From NCBI RefSeq assembly GCF_003351905.1, contig NZ_CP022339.1, positions 660,001-692,000 of the forward strand: 32,000 nucleotides of DNA. The letters run 5' to 3'. The notes beneath the pieces are model-generated. The model was not told the DNA's origin. It saw only the letters and a list, made by a program, of their open reading frames with translations, and searched no databases. Below are positions 19,429 through 27,623 of the stretch, piece after piece; position 1 is the first letter of the stretch; each line of letters begins with the position of its first letter. The position numbers were made by a program, and so were the translations under genes. This DNA comes from Candidatus Saccharimonadota bacterium (GTDB lineage Bacteria; Bacteroidota; Bacteroidia; Cytophagales; Amoebophilaceae).

Positions 19429-21612
19429 TTATTGTTGTTCACAAACCTGTAGTGCCTGTTCCGCTGCATTAGCCAATGCCTCTACGATGTTAGTATTCAA
19501 ATATTTCTTTGCCAGTTCAATATCTATGGCAAGAGTTTCTTGAGCCATATATTTTAACTCATCTAGATGGGTATAGCTTTTAGCATGCCGCAGGTCATAA
19601 AGTCGTTCAGCTAATTTAATACAAAGCACAAAAAGCTGTTCTCGAATGATGACTTGCTTAAGGGCATTACCGATATAAAGTCCACATGGCTCCATGCCTT
19701 GGCGGTCGTTGACTGCTAAAACACTTTCTATAAAAGAATAAATATTTAAATCGTAGTTGGCCTTAATATAGGAAAGTGGTAAATCTGCATAATGTGTTAA
19801 GTCATACAGCAAAGCAACATAAATGGGTTCTGGATAGAATCGTATCCATTCTGCAACCAATTGGGCAATACCTATTGCACGGATATATAAGAATTGTCCG
19901 GATAAATGTCGCCTAAAGCCGTAGCACCTTCTGGTTAATAGTAATATTTCATCTATTACTGCTTTACGTGCCTCAGATATTTCTAAAAGATGATTATAAG
20001 ATTTCATAAACACCTCCATGGATTGATCAACTTCTTGTTGGGTGACAGGAACATTTATAGGAAGTATCTTGGTGATCATTGCATCTCGAACCGTGGCCAC
20101 ATTAGAAGGCAATACCATGAGCATAGGTCTTTTTTGAGAAAATGGAAAACGTAGGTAACCATAGTGGGCGCGAATGGAACGTTCTATTATACGTTTTTCA
20201 ATATGAATACGCTCTATGTCTTTCTGGTTGTTGTGCCACTTGAGTTCTCTTCCTTCTGTAATATCTTCATAATGACCCTTAATTTGGGGTAGTATGGTTA
20301 AAGGGGTATGTAGCCTGCTGATCACGATGGCAATAGCTGGAAAGGTCATTTCTGAATAATTTTTGTCTTTTTGTTTATGCTTTTGTCTATATTTTAGGTA
20401 AGTAGTATGTAGTTGAATTTTTACAAATTCACCCTTTGCTACACTTGGGTTAGCGGTACGTAAGACGATAGGGACTAATGCTTGGAGTATATGATTGATA
20501 TCACATGTGATTTTGTTAGATACCGTGCTGTCTTTTATTTCTACAATCAACTTTGGGACCGGTGCGGTCTTAGCTTCCAGTGCAGACGTTAGCCTAGCCA
20601 TCAACTCATCTATCGTGATTTCATGTGGCGTTAGTAATAGGTGGTCTACAGACTTGGCGCGTTGCTTTAAGAAAGTAGTAAAAGTGAAAAAATTATTGAT
20701 AATGCTTTGGATATCTTGCTTATAAAGTGGTCTATTGTCTAAATAGGAAATAAGTTCAGTAACTTCCTGCATTGCTTTTTCCACAAAAGATCCTGAAGCT
20801 TTTGTAGTTTTAGCAGCCATGTCTGGATGTAAGTTGGAATGAGGGGGCCTATGGTTCTTCTTTTCTGAGGTTACTTGGCCTTTTAAGTAACGGTTATAAA
20901 GTGTATAGGCAGTAATCTTGCGTTTGTTGTAAACAATAATGCTAAAAACGATTAAACCAAATCCCAATAAAGATAGTAAAGAGTCGCTTGATGCGAGCAG
21001 TTGATCTACCCCTATGTTATAGATTGCGTAAAAGATTACCAACAATGTGACAAATACTAGCTTGATGCTGATATACAGAGGTAATACAAATAAAGTAGCA
21101 GATAGATGCCCTACAGATAAGGTGAGTGCAAATTGAGGGTCTTGCAGATGAAACCAATGCCAGAATACATTAACAGGTAGGCATAAGATGGTGCATATGA
21201 GCCACGAGCAACCAATTTTCCATGAGGGAATTCCTTGTTTGGGTGCAATGCCATAACCTATCAACCAAATACCTATAAAAAATTGCAATATATACCAATA
21301 GATGGTAAGCCCTCCACTGATGTAGTCTAGTATGGTGGTAAGGATCACGTAGCACCCTGTACAGCCAATAATTGCATCACTCGGCCTTAGCTTATCGAAT
21401 CGTTCTTGTAAAGCAGCAGCTTGTAACGTTTTGTTTATGCGGCTTTTTTTGCCTGTAAGTGCTTGTTGAAGTGCGTTAACTTCATTAAAAAATTGTGCAT
21501 GGTCTAGACGCTGTTCCTCCGATGTAACCCTAGTGCGCGTAAGATACAAAGCCACTACTAGTACCAATAGCACAAAAGGTAATGCCATGAGGAAGAGTGT
21601 AGTGAGTAACAT
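19429..21612 (-). CDS. Paralog A: multi-pass membrane protein with a degenerate HATPase_c-like middle domain and a degenerate RelA/SpoT-type HD-like C-terminal domain
   Basis: ORF 19429..21645 (TTG); the ATG at 21612 (MLLTTLFLMALPF) is more likely. About 6 hydrophobic segments lie in aa 12-240. N-box-like ITCDINHILQALVPIVLRTAN, and IEKRIIERSIRAHYGYLRF...MLMVLP (compare AIVKRIVEAHGG...LP). C-terminus: SGQFLYIRAIGIAQLVAEW, ALLYDLTHY, LFVLCIKLAERLYDLRHA and AQETLAIDIELAKKYL, collinear with Rel/SpoT hydrolase motifs. Product name is an inference. Confidence 0.8.
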   Translation of the reverse strand: MLLTTLFLMALPFVLLVLVVALYLTRTRVTSEEQRLDHAQFFNEVNALQQALTGKKSRINKTLQAAALQERFDKLRPSDAIIGCTGCYVILTTILDYISGGLTIYWYILQFFIGIWLIGYGIAPKQGIPSWKIGCSWLICTILCLPVNVFWHWFHLQDPQFALTLSVGHLSATLFVLPLYISIKLVFVTLLVIFYAIYNIGVDQLLASSDSLLSLLGFGLIVFSIIVYNKRKITAYTLYNRYLKGQVTSEKKNHRPPHSNLHPDMAAKTTKASGSFVEKAMQEVTELISYLDNRPLYKQDIQSIINNFFTFTTFLKQRAKSVDHLLLTPHEITIDELMARLTSALEAKTAPVPKLIVEIKDSTVSNKITCDINHILQALVPIVLRTANPSVAKGEFVKIQLHTTYLKYRQKHKQKDKNYSEMTFPAIAIVISRLHTPLTILPQIKGHYEDITEGRELKWHNNQKDIERIHIEKRIIERSIRAHYGYLRFPFSQKRPMLMVLPSNVATVRDAMITKILPINVPVTQQEVDQSMEVFMKSYNHLLEISEARKAVIDEILLLTRRCYGFRRHLSGQFLYIRAIGIAQLVAEWIRFYPEPIYVALLYDLTHYADLPLSYIKANYDLNIYSFIESVLAVNDRQGMEPCGLYIGNALKQVIIREQLFVLCIKLAERLYDLRHAKSYTHLDELKYMAQETLAIDIELAKKYLNTNIVEALANAAEQALQVCEQQ

Positions 21613-21868
21613 TGTAAAATAGATATTTCTAAAACAACTTACCAAGCAATTAGACTAAGATAAATATATTTTAGATAATTGTAAGCATTAATTCAAGGCT
21701 TTTAGCCTATTTTTTCAAAAACCCTATGCGCTACAAATGTAGCTTACGCGTTTAGCACTGGGGCATATTTGAATGCTTAAATTATGTTTGCACTTGAGAT
21801 GTGGTATAACCCTGTGCGTTTTATCTACCTTAAATAGAAGGGGGGAAAGATTAAAACAGCCCTAAAAC

Positions 21869-23209
21869 TTATCGCTTATCTATCATCTGCGCCTTTTTAT
21901 CAGGCCGGTAGCTATAGTCAAAGTCATGAGGTGCTAAGGCATGGTAATAGTGCGCTTCTTCTGATTGCTCTTTTTGTTTCGTTGTATCGAAACCATAATA
22001 TTCTGTTAGATATTTTTCAAAAGTATAGTCAGCTGAGTTGGGCAGGCTGCTTACCGCACTATTTTTTATACCACTGATTACACAATCAACCCATTTAAGT
22101 TTTTGAGCATGGTTACCATATTCTCGCCAGTCTCCATAGATAGACTTCTCATAGAGCTTTTGCTCAAATGCTTTTAGGGATATCCCCATTTTTTTAGCTA
22201 CCCTTCCTCCTAAACGTTTCCAAACTTCATTAAGGTGCTCATAATGCTCCTTTGTTTCTCTTACATTGCCCCAAACACCGGAAAGAGGCTGATGATGTAA
22301 GATGATCGCATTTGGATAAGCATAAGATTTAGTAGCCAATGTAGTAATTAAAGCCGCCATAGAAGCTGCGAATGTTTTTACAACCACATAAACAGGTGCT
22401 TTACTATACTCTATCGCTTGCAAAATATTCCACCCTGCCCATGCAGATCCGCCTGGAGAATTACCGATGATCAGAAATATAGGCCATTCACTATTTTTAT
22501 TATTAAAATAGTGAATTTGATCTACAATATAATTTGCTTTCCAAAGTGTAATGCAACCATTTAAATCAATACATCGATCGGAGAGGACCAATGTATTACT
22601 CCGCTTAATCAATGGGTCTTTTAGGTAAATAGGCTTTCTGTGAATATGCTTATCACGTGCTGCTTTGGCTTGTAAGGCCTCCATTTCTGCCTGTAACCGA
22701 TGGCTCTTCTCTTGCAGTAGCTGCGTTTGCCCTTTTTCTAATTCTATGGTTTTACTTAGCTTAATTAATTGGGCATCACATTGCTCCATTTGTTTCATAA
22801 ATCTAACTTTCGCTAGCTCTAGTTCAATGGTTAGCCTTTCTTTTTTCATATTCAGTAAACGCATCGCTTTGGTATGCGCTTGCCGCTCCTTTTCGTCCTC
22901 TATCTCATTGCCCAATAGTAGAAGCTCCTTTATCTCCTTATTTAAGCGTATAAGTTCCTTTTTAAGATGCAGTTGCTCAATACGTGCCCGCTCAAGCGCA
23001 TTCTCCGCTTCTAGCTCACTTTTCAGTTTAGCCTTACTAGCTTTGTCAGTCGCATCTGTATCAGTGGACTTGTTTTGTGTAGTAGGAGAGACAGTAGCTA
23101 CTTTTTTCTCTTTTTCCGTTTTTGCGAATCCTATATGGTGCGTGGATAGCAATGTAAAAAAAGAAAAGCTCCAGCTTACTATCCAACGATTATAATTTAA
23201 ACCTACCAT
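21869..23209 (-). CDS. Signal-peptide-bearing coiled-coil protein with a C-terminal ClpP-family (S14) serine protease domain
   Basis: 446 aa. N-terminus MVGLNYNRWIVSWSFSFFTLLSTHHIGFA-KTE, then a heptad-rich E/K/L/Q region at about aa 55-185. PIFLIIGNSPGGSAWAGWNILQAIEYSKAPVYVVVKTFAASMAALITT...AIILHHQPLSG aligns with ClpP IYLYINSPGG...QAASMGA...MIHQPLGG. Ser283/His306/Asp360 sit at triad positions. Confidence 0.8.
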   Translation of the reverse strand: MVGLNYNRWIVSWSFSFFTLLSTHHIGFAKTEKEKKVATVSPTTQNKSTDTDATDKASKAKLKSELEAENALERARIEQLHLKKELIRLNKEIKELLLLGNEIEDEKERQAHTKAMRLLNMKKERLTIELELAKVRFMKQMEQCDAQLIKLSKTIELEKGQTQLLQEKSHRLQAEMEALQAKAARDKHIHRKPIYLKDPLIKRSNTLVLSDRCIDLNGCITLWKANYIVDQIHYFNNKNSEWPIFLIIGNSPGGSAWAGWNILQAIEYSKAPVYVVVKTFAASMAALITTLATKSYAYPNAIILHHQPLSGVWGNVRETKEHYEHLNEVWKRLGGRVAKKMGISLKAFEQKLYEKSIYGDWREYGNHAQKLKWVDCVISGIKNSAVSSLPNSADYTFEKYLTEYYGFDTTKQKEQSEEAHYYHALAPHDFDYSYRPDKKAQMIDKR

Positions 23210-23234
23210 CTATTTGTGTTTATGCGGGTTGCTG

Positions 23235-23306
23235 TTGTCCGGCTAGGGGTCGAACCTAGAGTCTTCTGGACCAAAACCAGACGTGTTGCCATTACACTAC
23301 CGGACA
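23235..23306 (-). tRNA. tRNA-Gln (anticodon UUG)
   Basis: Minus strand TGTCCGG-TA-GTGT-AATGGCA-ACAC-G-TCTGG-TTTTGGT-CCAGA-AGACT-CTAGG-TTCGACC-CCTAG-CCGGACA-A. All stems are Watson-Crick; CCA not encoded. Confidence 0.92.
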
Positions 23307-23560
23307 GAAATTGTATGTGTTTACAAATATAGTAATTTAATTGAAAAAAAAGTAAGTATTTCCCTCTTTATTTTTATGCCTTGACTTTTATTGTATATTG
23401 TGCAGACATACTAGGATTTTTATGCAAAAAGGGTTGCCAGGATAGGTTTATACCGTATGATTAATGGTTTGGTACGGCCTATGGTAGGCTGCTGCTTGCG
23501 CACTGGGGGCAATTTAGTATACATTTTAGTGTTTGATGGTTTGTTGATTACAAAGTTTCC

Positions 23561-25636
23561 ATGTCATTTATTTTACCTTTTGTTATACTGTTAATTTTGT
23601 TGTTGCTGAGGTCTTCTTTTACGAAAGAAAGATTGGCTAAGCTTAAGCCAAGCGATGCTATAATGGGATTTATAGGGTGTTATGTGATAGGTACTACTAT
23701 ATTAGATTATGTAAGCGGAGGCTTTATCTATTGGTATCTATTTCAATTTGTTGTAGCTATTTCGCTTATAGGTTATGCCATTGATGCTAAGCAAGCCATT
23801 CCATCTTGGAAAATTGGTAGACGTTGGTTGATAAGTGTAGTTGTTTGTCTTCCTGTCAATGTACTTTGGAACTGGTCAGGCGAGATCCAACCTCCCTTTA
23901 CTTTTACTTTAGCTTTATCTGTCGCACATTTGGCTGTGATCTTATGCGTGCTGCCCTTATGTATAAGTGTAAGGCTAGTATTGATTATGTTATTGGTAAT
24001 TGTTTACGCTTTATATCGAAGTGGTATGGACTTATTATTATCGGAATCAGGTGGGTTTTTAATATCCTTGCTGGGATTAAGTCTAATGATTTTTTTCATT
24101 ATTGTGTATAACAAGCGTAAGCTAGCGGGTTATAAACATTATGGCTACTATCTAAGTAATAAAATACAAGAAAAACAAATCAAAGAGCAAAAACAAAGGC
24201 AAGCGGAGTTTGGCTTATACGCTGATCTAGAAACGATTCGTAATAATCCAAAGGAAGCCCATGCTTGTATAGATCAGGTAATGAAAGAGGTGACACAATT
24301 TATCTCCTATTTAGATAATAGACCGTTGTATGAGGAAGATTTAGACCTCATTACCAAAAATTTTATTATTTGGGATATTTTTTTAAAGCAGCGGGCTAGG
24401 TCTAAAAATCATATCATCTTGATGCCTACTGAAGTGAGTCTGGATGAATTGGTTCGGAAGTTAGAGATGGCTTTAGAATTGGAAGGTAAGGAACGTGCTA
24501 TGCCCAAGCTGTTGATAGAACCCAAAGATGCTAAGCTGCCTGAAAAGATCATATGTGATGTCAGCCAGATGATTTGCTTATTGGTTCCTGTTGTTTTAAG
24601 TATTGCCAATCTAGATGCTTCAAAGGATGGCTTGGTACGTATTCGGTTGCATACCACCTACTTAAAATATACGCTAAAGGATCTGTCCGAAAATAAATGC
24701 CATGGGGAAGCATGGTTTCCTGCTATAGCACTGGTCATTGGTCATGGGACTATTCCGGAAGAGGCATTGCCGAAAATTAGAAATTACTATCAAGATGTGA
24801 CGGCAGGCAGTGAGTTTGATTGGCACAGTGTGGCGCAGAAAGAATCAGAATGGACTAGTATAGAAAAACGAAGCATAGAACGGATCATTCGTACCCATTA
24901 TGGTTACTTGCAGTTTCCAGCTTCTCATAAAAGGCCTATACTTATGGTCATACCTTGTAATGTATCTGCTGTGCGTGACGAAATGATTGCTAGAATAGCG
25001 CCTTCGAATGCTTCTGTGACCTATAAGGAATTTAAAGAGTCTATGGCCATGTTGACGAAAGCATATCATAAGCTTTGCACATTGGCTGATATGCGTACAA
25101 TTGTATTAGATGAGCTTTTTCTATTGGTAAGGCGTTGTTATGGTTTTAGACGGCATGCATCAGGACAGTTGTGTTATGTACGTGCGTTAGGTATTGCCCA
25201 ACTGGTCGCAGAGTGGGTACCTTACCAGCCAAGACCAGTTTATTTCAGTCTGTTGTATGGTTTGGTACGTTATACAGGTTTGCCACTTGCTTATGTTAAA
25301 GCCAATTATAGCATGGATGTCTATTGCTTTGTGGAAAGTATTGTAGCGGTCAACAAGCGTCAAGAGATGGAGCCATGTGGCCTCTATGTGGGTAACCGTC
25401 TCAAACGTATTATTAACCGAGAACAACTTTTTATACTCTGCATTAAATTTGCTGAACGACTTTATGATTTGCGCCATGCCAAAGATTATATCCATTTGGA
25501 AGAGGTAAAATATATGGCCCAAGAAACGCTTACCATAGATATTGAACTTGGTAAGAAGTATTTAAATGCTAAAATTGTAGAAGAATTGGTGCAGGCAGCC
25601 CATCAAGCCTTACAGGTTTGCGAAGGTGTATGTTAG
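23561..25636 (+). CDS. Paralog B: same architecture as paralog A (multi-TM + degenerate HATPase_c-like + degenerate RelA/SpoT-type HD-like)
   Basis: 691 aa, collinear with paralog A along its whole length except for about 50 residues missing near the N-terminus. Shared blocks include KPSDAIMG..GCYVI.TTILDY, IPSWKIG, IVYNKRK, ISYLDNRPLY, RLHTTYLKY, RRCYGFRRH, GIAQLVAEW, MEPCGLY, AERLYDLRHAK, KYMAQETL and QALQVCE. Confidence 0.8.
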   Translation: MSFILPFVILLILLLLRSSFTKERLAKLKPSDAIMGFIGCYVIGTTILDYVSGGFIYWYLFQFVVAISLIGYAIDAKQAIPSWKIGRRWLISVVVCLPVNVLWNWSGEIQPPFTFTLALSVAHLAVILCVLPLCISVRLVLIMLLVIVYALYRSGMDLLLSESGGFLISLLGLSLMIFFIIVYNKRKLAGYKHYGYYLSNKIQEKQIKEQKQRQAEFGLYADLETIRNNPKEAHACIDQVMKEVTQFISYLDNRPLYEEDLDLITKNFIIWDIFLKQRARSKNHIILMPTEVSLDELVRKLEMALELEGKERAMPKLLIEPKDAKLPEKIICDVSQMICLLVPVVLSIANLDASKDGLVRIRLHTTYLKYTLKDLSENKCHGEAWFPAIALVIGHGTIPEEALPKIRNYYQDVTAGSEFDWHSVAQKESEWTSIEKRSIERIIRTHYGYLQFPASHKRPILMVIPCNVSAVRDEMIARIAPSNASVTYKEFKESMAMLTKAYHKLCTLADMRTIVLDELFLLVRRCYGFRRHASGQLCYVRALGIAQLVAEWVPYQPRPVYFSLLYGLVRYTGLPLAYVKANYSMDVYCFVESIVAVNKRQEMEPCGLYVGNRLKRIINREQLFILCIKFAERLYDLRHAKDYIHLEEVKYMAQETLTIDIELGKKYLNAKIVEELVQAAHQALQVCEGVC

Positions 25637-25792
25637 GGTTGGGCGTTTGCTTCCATGGCGTCCATTTAAAGCGCTTATGTCCATCGATAAAAAAACTTGA
25701 CGGACAGTGGCAACGACGTATACGCATGAGCCATTTCTAGCTCTGTGTTAGAATAGATGTTCCTTACGTTGACGCTACCAGCTGAAGGGGTG

Positions 25793-27064
25793 CTAATGAA
25801 TGATCGTAAACCCTGTATAAGGTTGTAAGACCTTTGGAATATGAATCCCCTCTGGGGTTTGGTTCCACTCTAATAGTGCAGCCAGAATGCGTGGAAGGGC
25901 TAATCCACTACCATTTAAAGTATGTAAAAGACAACTTTTTTTATTTTTATCTTTATACCTTAGTGATAACCTATTGGATTGAAAGGTTTCAAAATTACTA
26001 ATTGAGCTTACTTCTAACCACTTGTTTTGGGCTATGGAATGTACTTCTATATCGTAGGTCATAGCAGCACAAAAGCCTAGATCTCCATGACAAAGTTTTA
26101 CAATACGATAGGGTAGCGCTAATTGTTCTACCAACCCTTGCACATAGGTTAACATCTCTTCTAGATTGGCATAAGAGTGGTCAGGATGACAAATCTGTAC
26201 CAATTCTACCTTGTCAAATTGATGGAGCCTATTCAAGCCACGTACATCCGCTCCCCAAGAGCCTGCTTCGCGCCTAAAACAAGGCGTATAGCCTACATGT
26301 TTAATGGGGAGTGCCGTTTCTGCTAGTATGGTATCACGATAGATATTGGTGATCGAGACCTCTGCGGTAGGAATCAGATATAGTTTCTCTGATGGAATCT
26401 GATACATTTGGCCTTCTTTGTCAGGTAATTGACCCGTTGCATAGGCAGATGTTTCATTGACTAAGATAGGGGGTTGAACTTCTATATAGCCTGCTTTGGA
26501 TGCTTGATCTAAAAAAAAGTTGATTAAAGCCCGTTGCAGCTTCGCGCCTTTGCCCTTGTATACTGGGAAACCAGCACCCGTAATTTTATTGCCCAGTTCA
26601 AAGTCAACTAGATCGTGGGTTTTTACTAAATCCCAGTGGGCCAAATATCCGCTTCTGGTACTTGGTGGTGTTGTATACATGATGAGGTTGTCCTCGGCTT
26701 GGCTGCCCATGGGTACGCTTGCATGAGGCAGGTTAGGTAGTGTATAGAGTTGGGCCAACAGAGCTGAAGTATCTTCCTTGAACTTTTGCGTTAACGCTTT
26801 GCCACTTTCTTTTAAGCGGGTTACCTCGCTTTTTTTGGACTCTAATAAGGTCGGTTCTCCTTGTAGGCGTAAGGCGTCTCCTATTTCTTTGTTTAACCTA
26901 CTTAGTGTGGCAGCTAGGCTGTCTAGTTGAAATTGTGTGGACCGTTTTTCTCTATCCAACTTGCATATGGCCTCTATGCGTGCTGCTGCATCCGGGACCC
27001 CCCTTTTATGTAGGCCATCTATTACTGTTTTTGTATCTGTTCTTATACGGTGTAGCTCAATCAT
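25793..27064 (-). CDS. serS: Seryl-tRNA synthetase
   Basis: ORF 25793..27088 (TTG); the ATG at 27064 gives MIELHRIRTDTKTV. N-terminal coiled-coil arm, then class II motifs YLIPTAEVSITN, GYTPCFRREAGSWGADVRGLNRLHQFDKVE and LNGSGLALPRILAALLE. Confidence 0.95.
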   Translation of the reverse strand: MIELHRIRTDTKTVIDGLHKRGVPDAAARIEAICKLDREKRSTQFQLDSLAATLSRLNKEIGDALRLQGEPTLLESKKSEVTRLKESGKALTQKFKEDTSALLAQLYTLPNLPHASVPMGSQAEDNLIMYTTPPSTRSGYLAHWDLVKTHDLVDFELGNKITGAGFPVYKGKGAKLQRALINFFLDQASKAGYIEVQPPILVNETSAYATGQLPDKEGQMYQIPSEKLYLIPTAEVSITNIYRDTILAETALPIKHVGYTPCFRREAGSWGADVRGLNRLHQFDKVELVQICHPDHSYANLEEMLTYVQGLVEQLALPYRIVKLCHGDLGFCAAMTYDIEVHSIAQNKWLEVSSISNFETFQSNRLSLRYKDKNKKSCLLHTLNGSGLALPRILAALLEWNQTPEGIHIPKVLQPYTGFTIIH

Positions 27065-27623
27065 TCTGTTTGCATTTAAACCTTGCAATAGCCTTTATTT
27101 GCAACACTCACTGGTCATGGATAGGTTGATGCGGTGCTTCAAGCTTCATATACACCTCATACATTTAGGGTTGGCCCATCATGTGCGTTACAAAAGTACC
27201 AGCGTGCTTCATAAAAAACCTAATATAGCATACATTAGGCTAATGCTACGCCATTTTAAACAACTGTGCTCTTTTTTATTAAAAGTGTTGCTTTTTTTGA
27301 CTTTTTCAAATTATAGTTGTATACTTGTTCATATTGGGTTGCCATGGGGCTGCATTCGAAGTCCTGAATTGATATTCATTCCTTATTACAGCTATTACTA
27401 TATTCTGTATGCACAGAAGTACCCTTGTTTTTGACTATTCTTAATTAGACTTAAAAAAGCAAAATCAGAACAAATAAGCAGGCAGTATGCATATTTAATG
27501 CAGATATTGTTGCCGTTTGGCAATGCATAATATATTAACAAGAGGCTATCATTTTAAAAATAGTTATTAAGATGATTCATATTATTTTAATGGGTTTTAT
27601 TTAAATTTACACCTAACTCAATC

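Noticed and set aside
20617-20655. KSVDHLLLTP in paralog A (NHIILMP in B) looks like a histidine-kinase H-box (SHELRTP)
   Set aside because: The His-to-N-box spacing is about 64 residues rather than about 100. The segment aligns better with the start of the catalytic domain (xVDLxEL..). Not claimed as a phospho-acceptor site.
21756-21840. Stretch resembling the promoter and first codons of paralog B (GCACTGGGGCATATTT... versus GCACTGGGGGCAATTT... at 23497-23545), possibly a duplication scar
   Set aside because: The exact match is only 9 nt and extended identity is roughly two-thirds in AT-rich DNA. I cannot show significance without a proper alignment statistic.
22665-23195. 176-aa plus-strand ORF, Ser/Phe/Leu/Cys-rich
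   Set aside because: It lies entirely antisense to the coiled-coil region of the ClpP-like gene. Its low-complexity S/F/L composition is the mirror image of E/K/L codons. No motifs.
15012-23306. None of the three tRNA genes encodes the 3' CCA
   Set aside because: True in the sequence (A73-CAT, G73-CTT, A73-CAG), but this is common in many bacteria with a CCA-adding enzyme and is not noteworthy on its own.
27346-27361. GGGGCTGCATTCGAAG resembles a tmRNA 5' end, and CGAAGTCC/ACAGAAGTACC resemble RNase P conserved regions
   Set aside because: There is no complementary CAGCCCC acceptor 3' strand, no T-arm and no plausible ...ALAA tag frame downstream, and only about 280 nt remain before rho. 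The RNase P-like motifs are about 57 nt apart rather than about 260 nt. Judged chance matches.
26905-27434. Plus-strand ORFs of 74 and 165 aa
   Set aside because: They begin antisense to the serS 5' end and continue into the AT-rich spacer. Composition is odd (Cys/Leu/Phe/Tyr-rich) and there are no motifs.
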